DNA of 43,601 nucleotides, from contig CAYYQL010000020.1 in assembly GCA_964473825.1 (NCBI GenBank), positions 1-43,601 of the forward strand, given 5' to 3'. A program made the position numbers and the translations under genes. Each line of letters starts with the position of its first letter. Position 1 is the stretch's first letter. Below, in pieces: positions 8,882 to 16,553 of the stretch. This DNA comes from an uncultured archaeon (lineage in GTDB: Archaea; Asgardarchaeota; Thorarchaeia; Thorarchaeales; Thorarchaeaceae). The notes under the pieces are model-generated. The model searched no databases and was not told the DNA's origin. It was given only the letters and a program-made list of their open reading frames with translations.

Positions 8882-9277
8882 ATGCTCGACAATAGTGAGA
8901 TAGTACGAAGAATTCTGGAAGCCGCACCAGAAGGCATCAGTCTCATTGTATTATTTGGTTCAAGAGCCCGAGGTGACCACTCTGAAGCAAGTGATCTTGA
9001 TATTGCCATCAGCACAACAGAAACAGACGCGCAGAAACGATTTGATCTTCGACTCCAGGTCATCTCTGCACTGGAAGGGCCCGAAACTGCCGTAGATGTG
9101 GTTCTTGTTGAAGATGCGAATTGGACTCTACGTTATCGCATAGCGAGAGATGGAGTTGTACTGTTTCAGAGGAATCCCGACTCGTGGTCCGATTTCATTG
9201 AAGAAGTCCTCATACGATATCCCGACTACAGAATCTTTGAACAGCGTCTGCTCAGAGAAACACTGGGAGGTCTCTAG
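8882..9277 (+). CDS. mntA: Minimal nucleotidyltransferase (MntA-type antitoxin)
   Basis: LFGSRARGDHSEASDLDIA, VDVV, IARDGVVLF. Confidence 0.92.
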   Translation: MLDNSEIVRRILEAAPEGISLIVLFGSRARGDHSEASDLDIAISTTETDAQKRFDLRLQVISALEGPETAVDVVLVEDANWTLRYRIARDGVVLFQRNPDSWSDFIEEVLIRYPDYRIFEQRLLRETLGGL

Positions 9278-9278
9278 G

Positions 9279-9710
9279 GTGGGTCTTGATGCAACAATTG
9301 TCGAGCGACGACTAGCAGTCATTCTAGAGGAGCTCAAGTTCTTGAAGATCATAAAAGCACAGAGCTATGATGAGTTCTTGACTGATGGAAAGAGCCTAAG
9401 GGCAACAGCTAGAGCCATTGAGACCATTGCCCAGTCGATAATCGATGTCAGCAGCCACATTGTTGCCCAGAAGAACTACGGGCTTAGTGATACCTACAAA
9501 GGTACAATCGAGCTCTTAGCTAAGAACCACATCATCCCCAGTGATTTTGCATCTAGTCTACAGAAGGTCATTGCCATGCGGAACGTGTTAGTGCATCAGT
9601 ACATAGAGATCGATTTCGGAATAGTATGGGATTCAATCGACTCTCTTCTGGTTGATGCGCCGAGATTCGTCCGTGCAATTGAGAAGTATTTGAAGGCCGA
9701 AGCGGCATGA
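9279..9710 (+). CDS. hepT: HEPN/DUF86 RNase toxin (HepT-type)
   Basis: RNVLVHQY.EID (Rx4H-Y) motif; GTG start directly after the MNT stop. Confidence 0.92.
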   Translation: MGLDATIVERRLAVILEELKFLKIIKAQSYDEFLTDGKSLRATARAIETIAQSIIDVSSHIVAQKNYGLSDTYKGTIELLAKNHIIPSDFASSLQKVIAMRNVLVHQYIEIDFGIVWDSIDSLLVDAPRFVRAIEKYLKAEAA

Positions 9711-9734
9711 CACACGAGACTGTAACATCATTGT

Positions 9735-10100
9735 CTAGGCGATGTTCCAGAACACGACAAGGTCATCCGACCACTTGAAACGTCATTGAAGAAGAATCAG
9801 GCTGCAGTGAATGCAACCATAGTCGTGGAAACTCTACACTATCTTGTGAAACGTCTAGGTTCCCTGGAGGGACCAAAGAGAGGGCGCATCTTTCTGAGCT
9901 ATGAGATGCCGTTCTACAGTATAGATGAAGAAACAGCTGATTTGACGGTCACGAAACTTGGCTAATTCACCCATCTTGGGATTGGTGGACGAAATCCGAC
10001 AGTCTTGGCAACTATATCAGTTGAGTGTATAACCAGCTTGATGACGCATGATCAAGCGTTCAAACGTATTCCTGACCTTGATGTGGTTGATCCAGTATAG
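9735..10100 (+). pseudogene. vapC: VapC/PIN-domain toxin remnant
   Basis: LGDVPEHDKV...VVETLHYLVKRLG...KLG*FTHLGIGGRNPTVLAT...LMTHDQAFKRIPDLDVVDPV*; N-terminal Asp strand missing, internal TAA at 9963-9965. Confidence 0.8.
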
Positions 10101-10103
10101 ATC

Positions 10104-10142
10104 TGTGAGCCGGTCTTTGAGTGGATAAGAACTATGAGATAA
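10104..10142 (+). repeat. Gene-tail repeat copy 4 (CEPVFEWIRTMR*)
   Basis: 26/39 nt but 9/12 aa identical plus 3 conservative changes versus 4653-4691; stop kept; followed by the same GAGCTGGAGT as copy 1 (10157-10166 vs 4705-4714). Confidence 0.85.
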
Positions 10143-10349
10143 TCATGTAGCATGAAGAGCTGGAGTTCTCCGGTCCCCTCCTCTCAGCCTTCAGTGTATT
10201 CACGATCCATTTCCATTCAGTACTAGAGTGATCCATGTAACTCTGGTACTGGTGTGAAACAGACAAATGAAGGAACCAAAGCAGAGGATGCAAAGGTATA
10301 AACTCGAAGAAATGCTTGAAAGAGCCATCAGCCGTGGGAGATATTGTCC

Positions 10350-10775
10350 ATGCCCAAGTTACCTGAGCCACGCAAGAAACGCTACATGCAGAAGATACAT
10401 CATGGTCGACATCGGATTGCACTTGTCAAAGAATGGCAAAAGGAAGGAGCATCTGAATATGAAATAAAGAGTCTGTTAGCAATAGAGAAAGCGGCTCAGG
10501 AATCTATTGAAGTTGCTACAGACTTGATGGCGATGATTCTGAAGGACATATCCATCCCGCCGACCGATGATTACACTAATATCTCAAAGGTTAGAGATGA
10601 GGGTATCATAACGGAGGAAATTGGAGGGGTTCTGAGAGAAGCCAATGGGCTTAGAAATCGTCTTATTCATGTGTATAATGACATAGAGCAAGAAGTGCTT
10701 TTGCAAAGCATCAAACGAGTCATTCCCGGAATATCCGAGTTCTTGGATGTGGCGGAAAAATGGTTGAGCGGATGA
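10350..10775 (+). CDS. hepT: HEPN/DUF86 RNase toxin
   Basis: AIEKAAQESIE, PTDDYTNI, GLRNRLIHVYN. Confidence 0.9.
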   Translation: MPKLPEPRKKRYMQKIHHGRHRIALVKEWQKEGASEYEIKSLLAIEKAAQESIEVATDLMAMILKDISIPPTDDYTNISKVRDEGIITEEIGGVLREANGLRNRLIHVYNDIEQEVLLQSIKRVIPGISEFLDVAEKWLSG

Positions 10776-11200
10776 TATCTAAAACCAGAGATGAACTTGA
10801 TTGGATGCAAGAGATACCTGAGATTGATGCAGTTCTCCTATTCGGTTCTCAAATTGAAGGTACTGCCACAGATACAAGCGACTACGACCTCTGCGTTGTT
10901 GCTTCAACTCTTCAATCCGCAGACGAGATGGCAGAACTTCTTGGTAAGATTTGGAGGCAGTTGGATGCAAACAAGTATGATGTTTGGGTCTTTGAAGAGC
11001 TACCTTTGTACCTCCAGATGACTGTAATCGGTAACCATGAGATTCTTTTCTGTGACGATGTCCCCGACCTCTATGAATACTTCTATAGATTCAGAAAAGA
11101 GTGGAGAACCCAAGCGCAGAGGCAGTCTCTGGATTTTGAAGTCGGTGCTGATCCGATGAATCTCAAGGAGATTTGGAAAACAGGATCCTCGTCCACATAA
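10772..11200 (+). CDS. mntA: Minimal nucleotidyltransferase antitoxin
   Basis: LLFGSQIEGTATDTSDYDLCV, YDVWVFEELPLY; ATGA overlap with the HEPN stop. Confidence 0.9.
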   Translation: MISKTRDELDWMQEIPEIDAVLLFGSQIEGTATDTSDYDLCVVASTLQSADEMAELLGKIWRQLDANKYDVWVFEELPLYLQMTVIGNHEILFCDDVPDLYEYFYRFRKEWRTQAQRQSLDFEVGADPMNLKEIWKTGSSST

Positions 11201-11213
11201 ACTGCGCTTCACT

Positions 11214-11321
11214 TCATAACCTCAATAAGGTGATGATAGGGTTCCTCGTCAGTGGTGGTCTAATCGCATGTTCCTCCTCGAGATAGAGTTCCTAAGCTTC
11301 CTTGAGCTTCGCGACAACCAG
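11214..11321 (-). pseudogene. hicB: HicB remnant (C-terminal half)
   Basis: LVVAKLKEA*ELYLEEEHAIRPPLTRNPIITLL aligns to EALANLKEALELYFEDEDAIRPPLTGQPIISLL of the HicB at 4976-5188; TAG at 11292-11294. Confidence 0.8.
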
Positions 11322-11483
11322 CTCATTTCTCTATCTCCTCACTCAAGAACCGATCAGGGGCCAATTCAAGGTCCAGAGGGTTGATGAGCTCGAAACTCAT
11401 GTCATGATAGGATATGCCAAATGTATATCTGGCGACAATCCATGGTATTGGCTATTATCACTTGGCTTAGGAGTTGTCAGAAC

Positions 11484-12401
11484 TTGCAGACGTGTCCAAA
11501 GTGTGGGAGAGCGAATGATGTGACGAGGAAGTTCTGCGTTCGTTGCGGGGCCTCTCTCCTAAATAGAGAAGAAGAATTGACGCCAGAACCTGTCAGGGCG
11601 CCTGCAACCGAACCAGTCCTAGAAGAGACTGTTGAATCCGAAGAAGCTGGCGTAGAACCTCCGGGCGAGGTACCCTCTGATTTGGTGAAAGCCGAAAAAG
11701 CTGGACCGGCCGAGTCCCATGTGCTGGACCGTGAGAGCGGGAAGGCGGTTGTCAAGGACATCCTTGAGAAGGTAAGAGCCGTGCAGACGGTTCCCCGGGC
11801 GGAACCTGAGGTCAAGGAGCCAACCTCAGAAGTGGAGGTCGTTGAGGAAATACCCGTTGAGGTTATTGAAGAACAACCGCCCGTTGAGGCGCCAACGACT
11901 GAGCCAGAGATTGAGCCCTCCTCTCCCGAGCCCCCAGCTCCGCGACCCAAAGAGGCTATTATGCATGACTATGCTCCGGACGTTCCTCCTTCAGCTGTTG
12001 CAGAGGCTGTTTATGAAGTCGCACGAGATGAGAAGATCAGAAGCATTGATTCAGACATCAAGGCCTATACCATCGAACTCGGACAGCTAAACTCCGAGCT
12101 GGACAAGTTGCGGGCTCGTCTTGACTCCGAGGTTGACCGTTACCTCACCGTTGCCGAAACAAAACGGACTCATTTTGAGGGCCTAGAGCGGGAGCTGAGC
12201 CTCGCAAAGAACGAGTATAAAGAGGCAAGTAAGGAACACAAGAACTCGGAGAAACGTCGGAAGAAAGAGTTGTCAGAAGCAGAAAAGCGTATCCGGAATT
12301 CGGAAAAGCGAATCAAGAAGGCGGAGAACGCCAGACAGAAGCGAGTTGACAAACTGGAGAAAGAGCGGCGAAAACGCGAAGAAGAAGCCATGAGGGATTA
12401 G
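11484..12401 (+). CDS. Zinc-ribbon protein with acidic Pro/Glu-rich linker and C-terminal coiled coil
   Basis: CPKCGRAN...FCVRCG; E/P-rich middle; heptad E/K/R-rich tail; TTG 11484 preceded by AGGAG. Confidence 0.85.
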   Translation: MQTCPKCGRANDVTRKFCVRCGASLLNREEELTPEPVRAPATEPVLEETVESEEAGVEPPGEVPSDLVKAEKAGPAESHVLDRESGKAVVKDILEKVRAVQTVPRAEPEVKEPTSEVEVVEEIPVEVIEEQPPVEAPTTEPEIEPSSPEPPAPRPKEAIMHDYAPDVPPSAVAEAVYEVARDEKIRSIDSDIKAYTIELGQLNSELDKLRARLDSEVDRYLTVAETKRTHFEGLERELSLAKNEYKEASKEHKNSEKRRKKELSEAEKRIRNSEKRIKKAENARQKRVDKLEKERRKREEEAMRD

Positions 12402-12406
12402 GTTTC

Positions 12407-12431
12407 TCTTCGAATGGGTCAAGAGTATGAA
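12407..12431 (+). repeat. Gene-tail repeat copy 5 (outer boundary)
   Basis: TCTTCGAATGGGTCAAGA identical to 4663-4680, then nnATGAA (23/25). Confidence 0.85.
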
Positions 12432-12512
12432 TTGCAGCGGTGACAATCGAGTCGGCCCTATAGGCCACTTGGCCGAATAAGAGAAAAGCCCGTCTGCTCC
12501 TAGAGCAGAACC

Positions 12513-12935
12513 ATGCACAATCAGACCCCCTTCGCATTGTGTGTCATCGGTGGATTGTTGTTGATCATAACTGGATACACCCAAGGTGTGGGAACAATCA
12601 TTTTGATCTATCAGCTTGTACATTCGCTCGCGGCGTTGTCACCATTCTATCCCATCATTGACTCTGTATTGCTTGTCCTCTGGATTATTGCTTGGCTTGG
12701 AGGTTTTGCAGTGATTCTTGGCGGATATCTCCTGACGACGACACATGTTGGGCTCGGGAAATTCATCATTGCAATCGCGTCGGGCTTTGGACTCATCAGT
12801 TTTGTTCTGGCATTGCTCTACGTCGGTATCACGTCGGGACCCGTGGGCCTTCTTGTGCTCACTTGGTTCGTTCTGAACTCTGCTTGGGCACTCGGGCTTG
12901 TGTTGACGGTGATTGCCAGGACGAAGGCAGTATAG
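12513..12935 (+). CDS. Hypothetical integral membrane protein (~4 TM)
   Basis: Almost entirely hydrophobic 140-aa ORF. Confidence 0.8.
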   Translation: MHNQTPFALCVIGGLLLIITGYTQGVGTIILIYQLVHSLAALSPFYPIIDSVLLVLWIIAWLGGFAVILGGYLLTTTHVGLGKFIIAIASGFGLISFVLALLYVGITSGPVGLLVLTWFVLNSAWALGLVLTVIARTKAV

Positions 12936-12996
12936 AGTCCTTCATCTCGATATCCGGCCGTTGATGGTGGTTTTCAACACGCCACCATGTGGTGTT

Positions 12997-13458
12997 CTAG
13001 AACGCTCTTTCCATCCAAGGTCCTTTGTAGTCTCTTATGAAGACAACTCCAGCTAGGATTGCCATTACTCCAGCGAGAAACCCTGGCGCAAGGAGAATGA
13101 TTGCGTCGCCCAGTTCGGCTCCGAACATAAAAGGCACAACGATGGTCATGATTCCCCCACATATCCCACAACATGGGGTGGCCTGTACTCGTTGTCCTGT
13201 GTCTCTGGTTGTCACCGTCCTGGTGTACGTCCCGTCGTAGTTGGGTGTTTCGACTACAGTCTGGTCCATCACGGCAGTGAGGCCTCCCTTGTATGCCATG
13301 CCCATCCCTAGAAACATCACGATGGACAGAGTTCCTGCAACCATGGCGCCGACCCAGTCATCAAAGGCAATTAGACTGAGAGCAGCCTGAGCGATGAGGA
13401 ATAATGACGATATGAAGAACAGAATCGCACTGTTTCTTGATCCTTTCAAGATTCGCAT
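12997..13458 (-). CDS. Hypothetical membrane protein (4 TM, Thr-rich loop, CCGIC motif)
   Basis: Hydrophobic pairs flanking a polar loop. Confidence 0.8.
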   Translation of the reverse strand: MRILKGSRNSAILFFISSLFLIAQAALSLIAFDDWVGAMVAGTLSIVMFLGMGMAYKGGLTAVMDQTVVETPNYDGTYTRTVTTRDTGQRVQATPCCGICGGIMTIVVPFMFGAELGDAIILLAPGFLAGVMAILAGVVFIRDYKGPWMERAF

Positions 13459-13530
13459 TCTCCCTAGAGCCTAGGATTATCCAATCTAAGTAATATCTCT
13501 TTCAGATACGACGAACCAAGGTTGTTCTGA

Positions 13531-13869
13531 TTATTGGTCGTTGCCGAACACTTCAGCCACGATGTTCTGCAGTATCACCATGTCTGCGAAGTTGCCGCTA
13601 CCTCGCTTTAGACCCTCAGGATAAGTCTTCTCCACCCTCTTCTTGAAAGCCTTGAGATACTCCTTGACCTTAGGCGTTTCATGTCTGACGAGAGCACTGT
13701 AGACGGCATATGTCCCCATCTCGTGGACTAGCGTAAGTTCTCTTGATCTGACTCTTGCTGGAATCTCGGAAGGATTCTTCTTGAGTTCCTCATCAAAGAA
13801 GTAAGAATAGAGTGGCTGACCCGTGTCCTCATCGAGTATCAGGCAGCCCAACACTTCCGGTATCATCAT
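13531..13869 (-). CDS. Small longin-like domain protein
   Basis: GCLILDEDTGQPLYSYFF beta-hairpin start and L..F...VEKTY helix resemble longin-fold proteins; fold call is inference. Confidence 0.65.
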   Translation of the reverse strand: MMIPEVLGCLILDEDTGQPLYSYFFDEELKKNPSEIPARVRSRELTLVHEMGTYAVYSALVRHETPKVKEYLKAFKKRVEKTYPEGLKRGSGNFADMVILQNIVAEVFGNDQ

Positions 13870-14052
13870 AAATCATGCTGCATAAAGCGTATCAGGATAT
13901 TACTGCTTGCACGGCGAAATGGAACGTTCAAGATCACGTTAGTTTGCTGTGTCTGGCTGAGAGAAAGGCGTCTTCAATCAGTTTCTCTCGCGTCGAAGAA
14001 GGATATGAAACACATATAGATGAAGGAAGCTTCTCTTTGGGAGGTGAAACTC

Positions 14053-14721
14053 GTGGGTATATCGATTCGTTTGCTAGCTCATGCGAGCGTACAGATTAGG
14101 ACAGACACTCAGAACATCTACATAGACCCAACGACAAAAGGGACAGGTCTCAAGAAGGGCGACTTCAGCCCTGCAGATTTGATACTGGTCACACACGGCC
14201 ATCAGGATCATTTCGACAAGGGTCTAATCAAGAAGATTCGGAAGTTGGGGTCACCAGTGATAGCTCCCGAGGGCCTCAAGAAGGAGTTGAAAGGGGCTGT
14301 GGTGTGGGGGATGGATTCAGGTCAGCACATGGTGATAAGTGACGGACCTACCATCTGGACGACTCCGGCATATAATGTGAAGAGATTCCGCTCCCCCGGG
14401 AAGCCATATCATCCTCAGGGATTGGGAGTTGGCTACATCATCAAGCTGGATGATAAGAAGATATACCATGCCGGCGATACAGACTTGATTCCGGAGATGG
14501 AGCGGCTCCCCGAGCTTGATGTCGCACTACTCCCAAGTGGCGGGACCTATACGATGGACATGACTGAGGCTGCTGAGGCGGCAATCCTCATCAAGCCGAA
14601 GATTGCGATTCCTATACATCTCCGAGATGCCGACCCTCAGGGTTTCAAAGAGCAAGTTGAGAAGAACTCTTCAGCGAGAGTTGTCATTCTGGGTCACGGT
14701 GAGGAGTACGTGCTTGAGTGA
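14053..14721 (+). CDS. Metallo-beta-lactamase fold hydrolase (UlaG/UPF0173-like)
   Basis: IYIDP, LVTHGHQDH, IYHAGDT, AIPIH; GGAGGTGA before GTG 14053. Confidence 0.92.
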   Translation: MGISIRLLAHASVQIRTDTQNIYIDPTTKGTGLKKGDFSPADLILVTHGHQDHFDKGLIKKIRKLGSPVIAPEGLKKELKGAVVWGMDSGQHMVISDGPTIWTTPAYNVKRFRSPGKPYHPQGLGVGYIIKLDDKKIYHAGDTDLIPEMERLPELDVALLPSGGTYTMDMTEAAEAAILIKPKIAIPIHLRDADPQGFKEQVEKNSSARVVILGHGEEYVLE

Positions 14722-14796
14722 GTTTCTCTCTGAAGGCAACTTGTTTTCCGTCCGAGGAAAAACATAATTACCACACGGTGAGTGACTTCCATTTGA

Positions 14797-16470
14797 TTGG
14801 TGATATGTGTGGTTAGAGAACTCAGTATTGGGCTAGCTTTCATTGATTCCGCCTCTAGAAAACGAGAATTGTCGAAGGAAGAGACCTATGTCACCACCCT
14901 TGCTTTAGCTGAGCATCAGAAGGTTGGTCATCCGCGTGTTGCAGGCCTCAGTCTGGTTGGATTGCCCTTCTGGCTCGTCCAGACAAGTGCTTCAACATCA
15001 ATAGTGCTCGCTCCCTCAAGTGCCACTTCTGCTGAATTCGGATTCACAGAAAATCCCCATGTTAGTGATATGCGGAAGACACTCATGAGTGGAGTTTCAG
15101 AGCCCAAGGATGTCCCAGCTGCAGTGGACCGATTGATCAAGAATTTGGCTGAGCTGGAGAACAGAACTCAGAGGATTCAATCGGTGGAAGACCCGTCTGC
15201 TCTACTCTCAGCCGCGGACTATGTCAGTCCTTCTTCATCAGAACAATCCGTCTCGCTCATCGAAGGCGCCGTCACGTCCCAAGATGCACTCTTGGCGAGC
15301 GGGACTTATCAGGATCTGAAAGAGTCAATATCTGTTCGCATCAAGGCCATGGAAGAACTCCGTTCATTGGCAGACGAGAAACTAGGCGGCCAGCTATCAG
15401 TCATCGAGAACATAATCTCCACAGATGAACGAAGGTATCAGCAGCAGCTGGAACACATGCAGCAGACCGTTGATTACGACATAGAGCAGTTAAGGGAGAA
15501 GATCAATCGTCAGGTCTACTCCCTACGCGAGAAGCTCACAATGGACCTGCGTGCGAGGACTGCTGATTTTGCCCGATCACTGACTCAAATCGAGTCACTA
15601 CTCGGCAATCTGCTCGGTGAGACAAGGTCCTCTCAAGCAGCAGTCAACGAGAAGGGCGAAGACGTACAAGGGGCTGTTTCGGTTTTCATGGATTTCTCTG
15701 AAACGCTTAGAGACCGTACCTCGGATATTCCTGAGGTTGTGACAAAGGTTGAGTCTTACGCTCAGATGCTGCTAAAATCTGCTGAGGAGCTTCGTGAGGG
15801 TTTTGATGAGGAACGGAAGAAAGCCGAGGCCATGTATGAAGAAGAGGTCAAGAAGAAGAGGGATCGGGTCGAGGCCTTCAGAGAAGAGATGGATGCAAAG
15901 ATTGAGAGCCTCCGGGTGATACGTGACGAGGTCAAGGTATCGCTAGAGCGACTGGATGCAGAAATCAACAACCGCATTGTTCAGCTTCAGGCTGAGTTTC
16001 TCGATGTCACTAGGATCTCCATAGAAAACGAAAGAATCGAGGGGATTGCACCCCTTACTCGGCTAACGGTCAACTGTGCAGTCATCACTTATCCTGATGG
16101 AAAGACACAGCTTCTGTTTCCGTATTCTGTGCCTGATGAGCGAATTGGTGCGACCTTACATCATCATCCAGTAAGTCGCCCGCTTGCAGAGAGGCTTTCC
16201 TCTAGTGTTCAGAAGTGGCTCAAAGAAGACCCTACCTTCGCGAACGCCTTTGAACGTGCAATCCGAGAGGGGAACATCTTCCTGCAGGAAGATGCCGGAC
16301 GCATCATAGAAGACGGGTTGTTCAAGCTTCAGGCAAGTCAGAGGCTCCAAGACGGCGCAAAGGGAATACTCAAGACCATCTGGAACCGTTATTCAGGTAA
16401 GTGCCCGAAATGCGGTGTAGCGGTGGCAATCGGTGACGAGTTCTGCCCGAAGTGTGGTGCAACCATCTGA
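14797..16470 (+). CDS. Long coiled-coil protein with C-terminal zinc ribbon
   Basis: Central heptad-rich region; terminal CPKCG...FCPKCG. Confidence 0.85.
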   Translation: MVICVVRELSIGLAFIDSASRKRELSKEETYVTTLALAEHQKVGHPRVAGLSLVGLPFWLVQTSASTSIVLAPSSATSAEFGFTENPHVSDMRKTLMSGVSEPKDVPAAVDRLIKNLAELENRTQRIQSVEDPSALLSAADYVSPSSSEQSVSLIEGAVTSQDALLASGTYQDLKESISVRIKAMEELRSLADEKLGGQLSVIENIISTDERRYQQQLEHMQQTVDYDIEQLREKINRQVYSLREKLTMDLRARTADFARSLTQIESLLGNLLGETRSSQAAVNEKGEDVQGAVSVFMDFSETLRDRTSDIPEVVTKVESYAQMLLKSAEELREGFDEERKKAEAMYEEEVKKKRDRVEAFREEMDAKIESLRVIRDEVKVSLERLDAEINNRIVQLQAEFLDVTRISIENERIEGIAPLTRLTVNCAVITYPDGKTQLLFPYSVPDERIGATLHHHPVSRPLAERLSSSVQKWLKEDPTFANAFERAIREGNIFLQEDAGRIIEDGLFKLQASQRLQDGAKGILKTIWNRYSGKCPKCGVAVAIGDEFCPKCGATI

Positions 16471-16553
16471 GTTTCTTATAGCGTATTGTGGTGGAAGAGC
16501 CATAGCTCGTGCGATATCATCTACCTACCTACGTGCTGACGGAGTTGATGGTT

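Larger units (their letters stand above)
4623..12431. mobile_element. Composite accessory island / cassette array bounded and subdivided by gene-tail direct repeats
   Basis: Five direct repeats, perfect 18-bp outer pair, cargo rich in TA systems and pseudogenes; no integrase seen. Confidence 0.65.

Noticed and set aside
4623-12431. Repeats as template/variable regions of a diversity-generating retroelement
   Set aside because: Differences are not adenine-specific (many C/T and G/A third-position changes) and there is no reverse transcriptase in the window.
4623-12431. Repeats as a CRISPR array or canonical integron attC sites
   Set aside because: Spacing is 0.6-3.4 kb and irregular, with no cas genes. 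I see no RYYYAAC/GTTRRRY boxes or IntI, and the repeats are codon-structured gene tails.
14797-16470. SMC/Rad50 ATPase
   Set aside because: No Walker A/B or signature motif.
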